Source of the DNA: a virus
Taxonomy: Duplodnaviria > Caudoviricetes
Reading direction: 5' to 3' (one strand)
DNA: 34,024 nt
Virus record (IMG/VR): IMGVR_UViG_3300017761_003648
Coordinates: 1 to 34,024 of that record
Notes under the pieces: generated by a model
What the model was told of the DNA's origin: nothing
The model's database searches: none
Seen by the model: only the letters and a program-made list of their open reading frames with translations
Made by a program: the position numbers and the translations under genes
Shown here: piece by piece, positions 1-9,016 of the stretch
Layout: every line of letters begins with the position of its first letter
How positions within the stretch are numbered: position 1 is the first letter of the stretch

Positions 1-422
1 TCTAATGATCCACCAATTGCAACTCTAGTATTAAAAGTTCCAACTCCAGTAACAACCAATCCACCAATAGTAGAATATGTAAATAATTGATTTTGAAGAG
101 TTGTTTTTGCAGTCACATCTACAGTTTGAATACCAGAAAGACTTACAAGTCCTCCTAAAGTTTCAAATACTGTTGTAGTTCCAACCCTATAATATGAAGC
201 TGTTGCAATTCCAAGTTGTGAATATGTTGATTGAAATTCATTAACTGTAGCAATACCAGTAACTACAGCATTTGTAACTCCAATTCCACCTTTAACATTA
301 AAATCGTGTGAAAGAACAGTAGTTCCCACGCCAACTTTATTATTGTCAGTATTTACAATTAATAAATTTCCCTTAACTTCAAGACCATTCTTGATAATGA
401 AATTCTTAGTAATTCCAGCCAT
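1..422 (-). CDS. Tail fibre/virion structural protein, N-terminal part (runs off the window edge)
   Basis: Not in the ORF track. Manual translation from ATG at 422 gives MAGITKNFIIKNGLEVKGNLLIVNTDNNKVGVGTT..., open to the edge. Gly/Thr/Val-rich 'VGVGTT' and 'VTGIAT' motifs match those in the fibre gene upstream; a late promoter precedes it. Confidence 0.8.
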   Translation of the reverse strand, partial: MAGITKNFIIKNGLEVKGNLLIVNTDNNKVGVGTTVLSHDFNVKGGIGVTNAVVTGIATVNEFQSTYSQLGIATASYYRVGTTTVFETLGGLVSLSGIQTVDVTAKTTLQNQLFTYSTIGGLVVTGVGTFNTRVAIGGSL

Positions 423-455
423 TGAGGTTCACTCTCCCCTCGGTTTAGTTTTTAC

Positions 456-462
456 TATTTAT
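456..462 (-). promoter_or_regulatory. T4-type late promoter (ATAAATA)
   Basis: GATAAATAG on the minus strand overlaps the stop codon of the 2056-aa gene, about 35 nt upstream of ATG 422. T4 gp55 consensus is TATAAATA. Confidence 0.7.
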
Positions 463-3400
463 CAAACAGTTCTCATGATTAATGCCAGTGCATAATATGG
501 TGGTCTGTTTTCATGCGATTGACCACCACCAGTGTTACCTACAGTTATGGTGTGGTCGTGTGCTCCAGCATTATTAATCGTTGTTGATACTGATGTTGCA
601 ACAGTAATTCCAGTTACTGCGTCTGTAGTATACCACATTTGTGCACCGCTGCTGCTGGTGGTTGAGGTGGCATCATAAGTAAAATTACCCGCAGATCTAG
701 TTGTCCATCCAGCATATCCATTTGCTTGATTCAATTGGTCATCACCTGGATAAATATGATAATGACTGGGATCACTAACAGCCGATGATGCACTAGAACT
801 TGCTGTGTGAAGGTGAGTTCCAGCAGATACACTAGATCCACTATGACTGTGAGATGGTATTTGATCTACAGTTAATGTTACACCATCAGAACCACCGCTG
901 TTTCCTGGTGAATATGCAGAACCTGCACCAACAATAAATCTATTTCTTAAATCTGGAGTTCCACTGGTTCCATCACAAAGAGCCCATCCCGTTGGAACAC
1001 TTGCAACTGAACCAGACCACATGATGATGCCACCAACAGGAATTGTACCCGCGCCGATAAATGAAGATCCTGTAGAGACAGTTGCATTTCCATTCACAGT
1101 TAAAGTGCCATCAACACGAGAATTGCCAACTACGTGATGCTTACTTTGCGGTGTTGCAGTACCCATACCAACACAATCATTATCAGCAATAACTAAAGTA
1201 TTTCCTTGGCCAGCGTGAGCAAATGATAAGTAAGATCCACTGCTTGCGGATGATCCCTGATAATTATAAGTTAACAAAACTGATTGGAAATTATCCGTTC
1301 CAAATGTTTTACCAATTGCAATTCCTGCAGAACTTGATACTGCAAGATTTGGTGCAAGGAATCTTGCAAGACCACCATCCACACTTGTAGAAACTCCAGT
1401 GACAACATTGAGCCTTACTGGTGTAAGAGTTGTTCCGATGCCAACATTTCCATTTCTATAAATTCCAGTACCAAGACCGGCAGATACGCCAGTCCATTGA
1501 GATCCTGTAGGAAGATTGGTTATGTATTGCCCATCACCATAATAAGTTACAATACCACTTGTTGCTGTGATAATTCCAGAAGAAATTGAAGTAATTCCTA
1601 CATTAATAATATTAGCATTGCCATTTAGTGTAATAGATGCAGAACCAATAGTGACAATTCCACTAATTCTTGCATTTCCAATAACGTCTAATGCAGATCT
1701 TGATGCTGTTGTCCCCACACCAATTGCACTAGAAATATAAGCATTTCCAGTGATTTGTAGTTTTTGACTATCAAATCCAGTTGAAGTTGCAGCACCAATA
1801 ATCAGTGTTGTATTATCTTTGAATAAAAATTCAGGAGTGCCTGTATTTGTATTTGTTGGACTCTTATAAAGAATTTGATTTGCAGAACCAAATACAAGAC
1901 CATTTGGAAGAGTACCAATGAATCCAAAGGGCTCCCATTGATTATCTACAGTATAAATCCATCCAAGGTACTCATTATGTGCTGGTTTTGCTTTATAAAC
2001 AACATCACCCGAAGTTCCAGCAACTGCAGGAGTTGTTCCAATTCCAACTGTAAACTTACGGGAAACATCAGCATCACCAGTAATAAACAATGATTTTACC
2101 TCAATATCATCATTTGATGTAAGTTTGGTGTTTAAAACAATTGGACTATCGAAAGTTTGAATCTTTTTATTTGGTGATATATCTTGTTGCTCACCAGTTA
2201 TAGTTTCAACGGGAATATCATAATCTTTTGCATTATGAAATTCTCCCCTATCATCCAGTCCACTGTATAGTACAGCACCACCATCAAGTTTTGTTGAACG
2301 ACTCAACTCAAGTTCTTTATTTGTTAAAACTCTATCTTGTCTATCTGGGAATGCAGTTGAATAGTTACCAGGACCAAATCCAAGATATTCAAATGTATGA
2401 GCAGAAGCACGAATGATTGAATTTCTACGAAGTTCTACAGGAGTAATTCTGATTTTTTTCAGTGCTGTTCCTACAGTATGATCTTGTCTTGGAGTTCCAA
2501 ATAATGCACGATAAACTAACAGAGCACTTCCAAGAACTGTTTCCTTAATTCTAAATATTTCATCAGTAACTTGGAAGTAATCACCAATTTTAAATCCAAG
2601 AATATCTGCATTGCTAATGACAACTGGAGTTGAATCAGAATCAGATGCTAAAATTTGAGATCCAAGAGTTGTAGTAATGCCTGCATACTGAGTCAGTAGG
2701 CGACCAGTGGAAGATTCATTTTCTTTTGGATTGATAATATGAACAAAGTTTTCTCCAAATATTTCACCACCATAAGAAGTCAATGATGGTAGATAAACTA
2801 CAATATTTCCACCAGTTGAAGGTGAAGATGATGTAATGCCTACATTGATTGAAACTGAAGTATTTGATTTAATTTCAGTAACAATAAAGTCGTTGTTAAA
2901 GAGTACTTGATCTGCACCACTGATTCTAACTTTTCCGTTTTTTCTAAGTCCATGAGCACTTGTAAAGGTAAGTGTTCCGATTCCAGACTGTGCATAATAT
3001 GTAAAGGTTGAAATGCCAAGTGTTTTACCAGTCAGAACTGCTTGAGCATTTGCAGCCTGAACGGAAAGATCTGAACCGATTCCAATGACTTCTCTTGAGG
3101 ATTGAACATCAATTTGATTATATGTACTAATTCCAGTGATCTTATACAGAGTATTGTATCCAGAATATCCTTCTGAAGTTACTCCAGAAACACGAATACT
3201 TTCGCCAACGTGATCATAAATCTTTGTTACTGTAACTGATGCTTGAGTGAATGGTGAATAAGTTCCAATACCACTAAGAACATTAACAACATCACCAACT
3301 TTATATGAACCACCACCGTCCATAATACGAACATTGGTGATAGTACCAGCAACACTTACAGTTACGCGAGCATTTGCAGATCTACCAGTTGTCGATAAAC

Positions 3401-6400
3401 CAAGTGGTACAGCATAGAATGTACCACTAGTATAACCAGCACCAGCATTTGTAATACTTACAGAAGTAATGCCAGATAATCCATGTCCGTATGGTGCGTA
3501 AATGGTATGTGCAGTTCCAGATGCAGATCTGATGTTATTAATTGCAATTACACCACCGAAATCATACTGACGTTTTTCTTCGGTTTGTTTGGTGATGCTA
3601 TTTTGCGAATCATCAATATCAACTTGGCCAATTACGAAAGAATTGGCAAAAGTATTTGCTGAATTTGGATCAGATACTGCACTATCTCGATTTATTTGTG
3701 GATATAATTTATCAACTGGTTGACCGAATTTTAAATTTGTAAATGGATCTACTGATGGTACATTTCCATAGTTAATCAACGTCAGATAGTAAACACCATC
3801 TTGAATGTTTTGAACATATTTTTGAATTTCTTCAGATTTATAAATTTGATATGAAGTTGCTAATTGCTTCTTTTTAAAGTGTGGAAGACTTGAAGTTCTA
3901 TTTGTTGTTACCCCAGTAAATGTTCCAGGATTGTTTGTTGTTGAATATGTAAATTGTCTTACACTAGTGATACCTGTAACAGTGAAAGTTCCGTTAAATG
4001 CAGTACTTGCAATACCTGTAGTGTTTGCAGTTGATACAACATTTAAAACTTCTACTTGTGCTCCAATTCTCAAATCGTGAGGAAGTTCGGTATTAATACT
4101 AACAACACCACCAGTCCAGTTTGCATCCGAGATAAATCTAAAGTTTTTCAGTTCAGTTGAATTTGATAATGTTGCTGCCGTTGGTGAGAAATACTTTTGG
4201 ATTTCTGTTGTTCCAGCACCAATAACATTATTAGATTCTTGCAGAATATATCCTTCGATTGGATCAGATCCAAGATTGACCGCATCATTTGGAATTACAT
4301 AACGAACCTTGTATATTGTGTCAGAAGAATCTCTTGTATCTAGAGTTCTCTTAAAATATGTTCTTGCAGTTGAATTATATAAAACAGAAGATGCTAATGT
4401 TGGATAGATGCTATTCTCAGACGCAGCAATTGCAACTTTAATAAACCACTGGGAATTGCTTGTATCAAATCCAATTGGGTGCCCAATATATCCAGAAACT
4501 TTATCAGAAACCCTACTTACAATCTTTAATGTTCCACCTCTGGAGTTGATAGTAATTGGATTATTATTAGTTGCATCATTCAGTGTTTTTGCAACTTTGA
4601 TTTGATTGCTACCAATACCAACCGATGCTGTATCTGTAATTGTATAGTATATATTATCTGGATCTAAACCATCTGGAAGTTGACCAGTTTCACTAATGAC
4701 ACGAATAGTTTCACCATTAATCAACTCATGTTTTGATGTTAGTGTAATTAGACTAGATGTAATACTATTAATACCTGCAGCTCTGCCAACATAATATTTC
4801 TTCTCGGCAGATAATTGCGTATTCGGCATGACAACTCGTGCCGAATAGGTTGTCGTAACTCCAGATTGGGCAATATCTAAGTATAAAATATCGTTACTTT
4901 GTGCGCCAATTCTAAATCCTTCAACAACTTCTGGGGGAGCAGATTCTTGAGAATTATATCCGTAAAGATATAATTTTGTAGTATCTCCAACGGAAACAGT
5001 TTTTGAATAATCAATTGGTAAGAAGTTTACTGGAATTTTATTGACATCTCTTTCTTTTGGAGTAACAATGTGAGTGATATATCCAAGACCATCTTTAGTA
5101 AAAGCATCATGCCTAAATCCCATAGCTTGGAATGCTTTTGCACCAAAGTTTGAGTTGGAGTTGTTGATGGAAAAATCACCACCACTTTCTACTTGGAAGT
5201 GATTTGAATACCCAATTGCAAAAACAGAAACAATTTGAATATATGATTCATTAATTGCGCGAACATGATAACTCTCATAAGATGGTTTATATCTCGCTAA
5301 TGAATCAGTATGAAGGTTAGATACTGAGGTAAAATCTTGATATGAACCCGAATTGGTATCATATTTTACAAATGCTTTATCATCTTTCTGCAAACCAATA
5401 CCAGTATATTGGGCAACAACCATGGATTTAAATCCATCTGCCTTACTACCATCAGCCAACATTCCACACATTCCAAATACAGAACGCATTGAAATATTAA
5501 AGATGTATGGAGATGCAGATGTTACTGTATCAACAGCGAGACTTACATTTGACCCACTAACAGATGGTAAAAGATTTGTTGGAATGTTTTGAACTTTATA
5601 TGTAAATTGTGATGAACTTGTAACAGAGGAAACAACAAATTGTCCATTATATCCAAGAGCGTTAACTCCACTAATTTGAATTGGCGAATCTACAGAAAGT
5701 TGTGGGAAACTGTCAGTTGTTGTAACAGTGATTGTAGTGTTTCCAGAACTACCATCACCAGATTTGATGCTACTAATTCCTACCGCAGCACCACGAGATC
5801 CTACAATACGATATTCATCAATAACTGGTTGAATATCTTCATCACTTGGGTAATCTGGGGTGATTGGTCTACCACTACTATTTCCATATGCAATACCAAT
5901 TTTTTCATAGTAAATATCAAGATCTGTTCTTGCAGTTTCAAATGTTTGGAAATCATCTGAAATTTTAACATCATTTACGCCATCGGCATATTCAAATCCG
6001 GTAAGTTTGTGATGAGAAAAATTAGGAACAAATAAGTTAGTTGTATAGTCCTTATAGCATACACTATTTGGATCAGAATCCAAAATAGTAAACTGCCAAA
6101 AATAACATGCTCCAGTAATTCTAAAAATTGCAGATCTTTCAATCTGATCATTTTCTGGGTTGGGTACATAAAGTGGACGAATTTTTGTCTTACGAAGATC
6201 CATACCAACGATGGAAGTTCCTCTTGGAACAATCACACCACCACGAACACTGTTTAATTTATAAAGTGAATTATCTGCACTTAACAAATTAAAATCTGTA
6301 GTAGTAGAAAATTCTCCAAATTCGGATGAAGTTGATCCGCTTCTTAATCTATAATTTGATGCGCCATCAGGAATCCAACCTGGACGATTATCTATAATGT

Positions 6401-6632
6401 GCTCTCCTGGATATAAGACAATTGTTGTCTTATTAAATCTATCGTTATCAAGACCTCTTTGATATGAAAATCTAGACGCTTCGATTAAAGCTCTTTGGAT
6501 TGTTTTAAATGGACGACCCAATGAATTGCCTTGGTTTTCAATTGCGTCTGTGGAATCAATTGCGTTGGGATCAACGTAAATAATCGTTCCACGAGTTGAT
6601 TTCAGAAAATTATCTAATCTGGAGAGACCCAT
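462..6632 (-). CDS. Large tail fibre/virion structural protein (2056 aa) with C-terminal tail-collar domain
   Basis: N-terminus MGLSRLDNFLKS...YVDPN is typical of cyanomyovirus large structural proteins. Repeated 'H(G/D/E)L..G..V.(I/V)' beta modules and GIGTT motifs. C-terminal IPVGGIIMWSG...GWALCDG...TPDLRNRFIVGAG...HENRPPYYALA is a tail-collar signature with HxH repeats. Confidence 0.85.
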   Translation of the reverse strand: MGLSRLDNFLKSTRGTIIYVDPNAIDSTDAIENQGNSLGRPFKTIQRALIEASRFSYQRGLDNDRFNKTTIVLYPGEHIIDNRPGWIPDGASNYRLRSGSTSSEFGEFSTTTDFNLLSADNSLYKLNSVRGGVIVPRGTSIVGMDLRKTKIRPLYVPNPENDQIERSAIFRITGACYFWQFTILDSDPNSVCYKDYTTNLFVPNFSHHKLTGFEYADGVNDVKISDDFQTFETARTDLDIYYEKIGIAYGNSSGRPITPDYPSDEDIQPVIDEYRIVGSRGAAVGISSIKSGDGSSGNTTITVTTTDSFPQLSVDSPIQISGVNALGYNGQFVVSSVTSSSQFTYKVQNIPTNLLPSVSGSNVSLAVDTVTSASPYIFNISMRSVFGMCGMLADGSKADGFKSMVVAQYTGIGLQKDDKAFVKYDTNSGSYQDFTSVSNLHTDSLARYKPSYESYHVRAINESYIQIVSVFAIGYSNHFQVESGGDFSINNSNSNFGAKAFQAMGFRHDAFTKDGLGYITHIVTPKERDVNKIPVNFLPIDYSKTVSVGDTTKLYLYGYNSQESAPPEVVEGFRIGAQSNDILYLDIAQSGVTTTYSARVVMPNTQLSAEKKYYVGRAAGINSITSSLITLTSKHELINGETIRVISETGQLPDGLDPDNIYYTITDTASVGIGSNQIKVAKTLNDATNNNPITINSRGGTLKIVSRVSDKVSGYIGHPIGFDTSNSQWFIKVAIAASENSIYPTLASSVLYNSTARTYFKRTLDTRDSSDTIYKVRYVIPNDAVNLGSDPIEGYILQESNNVIGAGTTEIQKYFSPTAATLSNSTELKNFRFISDANWTGGVVSINTELPHDLRIGAQVEVLNVVSTANTTGIASTAFNGTFTVTGITSVRQFTYSTTNNPGTFTGVTTNRTSSLPHFKKKQLATSYQIYKSEEIQKYVQNIQDGVYYLTLINYGNVPSVDPFTNLKFGQPVDKLYPQINRDSAVSDPNSANTFANSFVIGQVDIDDSQNSITKQTEEKRQYDFGGVIAINNIRSASGTAHTIYAPYGHGLSGITSVSITNAGAGYTSGTFYAVPLGLSTTGRSANARVTVSVAGTITNVRIMDGGGSYKVGDVVNVLSGIGTYSPFTQASVTVTKIYDHVGESIRVSGVTSEGYSGYNTLYKITGISTYNQIDVQSSREVIGIGSDLSVQAANAQAVLTGKTLGISTFTYYAQSGIGTLTFTSAHGLRKNGKVRISGADQVLFNNDFIVTEIKSNTSVSINVGITSSSPSTGGNIVVYLPSLTSYGGEIFGENFVHIINPKENESSTGRLLTQYAGITTTLGSQILASDSDSTPVVISNADILGFKIGDYFQVTDEIFRIKETVLGSALLVYRALFGTPRQDHTVGTALKKIRITPVELRRNSIIRASAHTFEYLGFGPGNYSTAFPDRQDRVLTNKELELSRSTKLDGGAVLYSGLDDRGEFHNAKDYDIPVETITGEQQDISPNKKIQTFDSPIVLNTKLTSNDDIEVKSLFITGDADVSRKFTVGIGTTPAVAGTSGDVVYKAKPAHNEYLGWIYTVDNQWEPFGFIGTLPNGLVFGSANQILYKSPTNTNTGTPEFLFKDNTTLIIGAATSTGFDSQKLQITGNAYISSAIGVGTTASRSALDVIGNARISGIVTIGSASITLNGNANIINVGITSISSGIITATSGIVTYYGDGQYITNLPTGSQWTGVSAGLGTGIYRNGNVGIGTTLTPVRLNVVTGVSTSVDGGLARFLAPNLAVSSSAGIAIGKTFGTDNFQSVLLTYNYQGSSASSGSYLSFAHAGQGNTLVIADNDCVGMGTATPQSKHHVVGNSRVDGTLTVNGNATVSTGSSFIGAGTIPVGGIIMWSGSVASVPTGWALCDGTSGTPDLRNRFIVGAGSAYSPGNSGGSDGVTLTVDQIPSHSHSGSSVSAGTHLHTASSSASSAVSDPSHYHIYPGDDQLNQANGYAGWTTRSAGNFTYDATSTTSSSGAQMWYTTDAVTGITVATSVSTTINNAGAHDHTITVGNTGGGQSHENRPPYYALALIMRTV

Positions 6633-6662
6633 CTTATTAGTTCTATAGTTTCCGTTATGGAT

Positions 6663-6669
6663 TATTTAT
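6663..6669 (-). promoter_or_regulatory. T4-type late promoter (ATAAATA)
   Basis: GATAAATA about 30 nt upstream of ATG 6632 and just downstream of a terminator. Confidence 0.7.
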
Positions 6670-6674
6670 CATAT

Positions 6675-6703
6675 AAAAAAGGGAGACTGCCTAAGCACTC
6701 CCC
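6675..6703 (-). terminator. Rho-independent terminator ending the tRNA/mom-like island
   Basis: Minus strand GGGAG-TGC-TTAG-GCA-GT-CTCCC followed by TTTTTT. Confidence 0.75.
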
Positions 6704-6724
6704 CTTTGCACTTCCTTCACACAT

Positions 6725-7339
6725 TTATATATTACCATACTTTTGTTCTTTCCACAAGGGTTTTAATTCCTTTTCAAAAACCATAAGATACCGATGTTTA
6801 CGAGAGCGATCCCTCCACTCACCATCAGTACCTCGAATACTACCTCTAGAATGTTTGGTTCCATCTGCATAGTAAAAATCTTTCTTTGGTGCGGTTAACC
6901 CGTAATACTTAAAATTACAAGCTCTGTATATAACTCCAGTGTGGTGATTAGAGTCAGCATAACTAAGAATAGCACGAACTGTGGCATCTTTTCTAAACCT
7001 CTTAATACAACGACTTACAAACCAGGATGTAATATTATATTCTTCTTTTTGAAGGTCTGGATGTATACAAAGTCTGGATAATTCGTATATTCCCTGTTGT
7101 TGATTTCTTTCTAAACCGAATGCTCCTACGGCAATTTCTGGAACTGGGAGACCAGTAAAAACGCAAGTACCAAGGCAGCTGCCAATATTAAGAGGGCATT
7201 CGAATGTGGATCTAAAAAGTCCATAGTTGAAACCAGATTTAAAATCTTTGGATTCGTCTTTAAGATAATGATGTGTGTAAAGAAGATCTTTGATTTTTTC
7301 CTTACTCACCTTATCTATAAAGTAGTCACTTTTACTCAT
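6725..7339 (-). CDS. Mom-like (GNAT-fold) DNA base-modification protein, 204 aa
   Basis: Motifs HHYL, ELSRLC, SWFVSRCIK, ILSYADSNHHTGVIYRACNFKYYG and KHRY resemble phage Mu Mom-family proteins. Start moved from 7489 to ATG 7339 because the longer ORF runs through tRNA-Thr. Confidence 0.75.
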   Translation of the reverse strand: MSKSDYFIDKVSKEKIKDLLYTHHYLKDESKDFKSGFNYGLFRSTFECPLNIGSCLGTCVFTGLPVPEIAVGAFGLERNQQQGIYELSRLCIHPDLQKEEYNITSWFVSRCIKRFRKDATVRAILSYADSNHHTGVIYRACNFKYYGLTAPKKDFYYADGTKHSRGSIRGTDGEWRDRSRKHRYLMVFEKELKPLWKEQKYGNI

Positions 7340-7372
7340 GGAATTTGTCTGGTTTCCAACATAAAAAAATAA

Positions 7373-7443
7373 AGCCCCATAACAGAATTGAACTGTTCTC
7401 TGCAGTTTACAAAACTGCTGCATCACCACAATGCTTATAGGGC
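7373..7443 (-). tRNA. trnT: tRNA-Thr(UGU), CCA not encoded
   Basis: Cloverleaf: acceptor GCCCTAT/ATGGGGC, D arm GCAT/ATGC, anticodon arm GCAGT-TTTGTAA-ACTGC, T arm AACAG-TTCAATT-CTGTT. Confidence 0.85.
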
Positions 7444-7445
7444 AA

Positions 7446-7715
7446 TTAATCCACTGGCAGTGCCTCTGGATTTTCCAGATCAACTTCAAAAAGCATTGGA
7501 TGTACTTGTTCGTCTATAAGATAGAAAGAAGTTTTATAAAGATCTTCTATTTCCCAATGACGTTGTTCATCTGCTTTTTTGATGATTTCAGGATCTTTCA
7601 TCACAAAGTCAGGAAGTTCATCAAAAGTAAATGGGGTATGATTGATAAAGTACATCAAAACAATCTGACTTCTTTTATTGTACCAGCAATATGCTTTTTC
7701 AATCTTATATCCCAT
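7446..7715 (-). CDS. Hypothetical cyanophage-type protein (89 aa)
   Basis: ORF between the two tRNAs, preceded by CTAAATA; 'MYFINHTPFTFDELP' resembles small cyanophage hypothetical proteins (from recall). Confidence 0.75.
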   Translation of the reverse strand: MGYKIEKAYCWYNKRSQIVLMYFINHTPFTFDELPDFVMKDPEIIKKADEQRHWEIEDLYKTSFYLIDEQVHPMLFEVDLENPEALPVD

Positions 7716-7734
7716 TATAAATTTCCCTTTTGGA

Positions 7735-7741
7735 TATTTAG
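7735..7741 (-). promoter_or_regulatory. Late promoter variant (CTAAATA)
   Basis: CTAAATA 20 nt upstream of ATG 7715, just 3' of tRNA-Leu. Confidence 0.55.
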
Positions 7742-7747
7742 AAGGAA

Positions 7748-7820
7748 TACCCGTGGACAGATTCGAACTGTCGCTTGCAAAATTTTAAGTTTTGTGCCTC
7801 TTCCGCTGGGCTACACGGGC
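7748..7820 (-). tRNA. trnL: tRNA-Leu(UAA), short variable loop, no intron, CCA not encoded
   Basis: Acceptor GCCCGTG/CACGGGT with discriminator A; anticodon arm CAAAA-CTTAAAA-TTTTG; variable region CAAGC; T arm GACAG-TTCGAAT-CTGTC. Confidence 0.88.
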
Positions 7821-7843
7821 ATAAAAACTCAAAAAATATTGAG

Positions 7844-8002
7844 TTAATTGCCTACCACATAAGTAGGTGGATGAAAATTGCAGTATTCGTTAAAGGTAAT
7901 CTTCATCTCCTTACAAGTTAGATTAGCGTGATCTGCTGCCTTTGGTAAGTTCCATTTAGACAAAAACAACATTTCCATTGCTTCTCTTGTTTGCTTTCTC
8001 AT
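7844..8002 (-). CDS. Small hypothetical protein (52 aa), possibly HTH-like
   Basis: Not in the ORF track. Manual translation MRKQTREAMEMLFLSKWNLPKAADHANLTCKEMKITFNEYCNFHPPTYVVGN; ATGA overlap with the upstream gene's stop. Confidence 0.75.
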   Translation of the reverse strand: MRKQTREAMEMLFLSKWNLPKAADHANLTCKEMKITFNEYCNFHPPTYVVGN

Positions 8003-8181
8003 AGAGGACTTGCATAAGAAAGAACATCTTCACCAACAGTATGACGAACAAAGTTTAGTACATTCATAAACTCATCAACAGTGTCACATGTAACTTTTTT
8101 TTCAGAACCTTCAGTGGAGTACAGATAAACTGTACGCTTTACAGGATCCACAACACAGCGCGACAGAAACTCGTCTTTCAT
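7999..8181 (-). CDS. Small hypothetical protein (60 aa)
   Basis: MKDEFLSRCVVDPVKRTVYLYSTEG...; start set at ATG 8181, downstream of a perfect sigma70 promoter. Confidence 0.75.
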   Translation of the reverse strand: MKDEFLSRCVVDPVKRTVYLYSTEGSEKKVTCDTVDEFMNVLNFVRHTVGEDVLSYASPL

Positions 8182-8205
8182 TTGGGGTTGGTTGGTTACT
8201 TGGCC

Positions 8206-8234
8206 ATTATACGATTGCTTGTGAGACTTGTCAA
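8206..8234 (-). promoter_or_regulatory. Perfect sigma70-type (early) promoter
   Basis: TTGACA-agtctcacaagcaatcg (17 nt)-TATAAT. Confidence 0.9.
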
Positions 8235-9016
8235 GAGTATGATGCAATGATATTAACAGCAGAAGTGTTTGACGTGATACCAACACTCAGATTGTTACGG
8301 ACCTTGTTTAGTGACCACCATTCTAATTGTGTGGAATGTTTGTACTGTTTTATTACATTTGCATTAGTAACATGTGTTGCTATTCCAGAAACCTTACTAT
8401 CATATTCTACCCTTATCGAAGAAATGCTGTTTGCAATTCCAGTATAACTTGCACATCCACTACTTTCATATGCAAAAACAGTTGCTATAGATGAACCAGC
8501 ACCTCTTGTGTAGATTGTAAATTTTCCAATTCCTGTATTTCCAGATGTGATAGTAACATATCCTTCTCCCTCAAAAGGATTGTTTCCAGACACATCTAAA
8601 GTTTCTAATTTTGGATATTGATATGCTTGTAAAGTGTCATACTTAATAGATCCGTAAGCAACATTCGTTGTTGTTCCTACACCCACAATACCCAAGTTTT
8701 GTCCATAAGTAATACCAATTCCACTAACCATATCTCCATAAAGTGTAGTGAGAAGAGATGTATTTCCACTGTAACACTCTGATGATAATCCAATATTTGC
8801 TCCTAAAGTTGCAATTTGTTCTTGTTTATTAATAATAATGTTGAATATATTCAAAGCAGCATCATCAATTGCTGTGCAAGTAACTTTCCATTTTGCAGTA
8901 GTATCGCTTGCGATACCGATTTGTTCTGGAATAGGTCCTATGACGGCAAGAGTGCTTGTTTGATTGGAATGTGTAAGAATTCCGGTGACGCTTAAATCGG
9001 TATTTACAAATGCCAT
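8231..9016 (-). CDS. Hypothetical virion-associated protein (261 aa)
   Basis: Gly/Ser/Thr/Ile-rich; TAATG overlap with the upstream gene; last gene of the gp5 cluster. Confidence 0.7.
   Translation of the reverse strand: MAFVNTDLSVTGILTHSNQTSTLAVIGPIPEQIGIASDTTAKWKVTCTAIDDAALNIFNIIINKQEQIATLGANIGLSSECYSGNTSLLTTLYGDMVSGIGITYGQNLGIVGVGTTTNVAYGSIKYDTLQAYQYPKLETLDVSGNNPFEGEGYVTITSGNTGIGKFTIYTRGAGSSIATVFAYESSGCASYTGIANSISSIRVEYDSKVSGIATHVTNANVIKQYKHSTQLEWWSLNKVRNNLSVGITSNTSAVNIIASYS

Noticed and set aside
1875-6232. Several 60-106-aa ORFs within the 2056-aa gene
   Set aside because: Off-frame or antisense, with no motifs or start signals.
1-6632. Diversity-generating retroelement or invertible segment acting on the fibre genes
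   Set aside because: No reverse transcriptase, invertase or long near-identical repeat was seen by eye in the window; a remote template cannot be excluded.
7340-7489. 50-aa N-terminal extension of the Mom-like ORF
   Set aside because: It runs through tRNA-Thr and the end of the upstream gene; ATG 7339 is the plausible start.
7783-7789. tRNA with TAA read as an ochre suppressor, implying recoding
   Set aside because: Anticodon UAA reads UUA (Leu), and all three stop codons end recognisable genes at the expected positions.
7431-7847. 138-aa plus-strand ORF
   Set aside because: Antisense to a real gene and to tRNA-Leu, with no recognisable motif.
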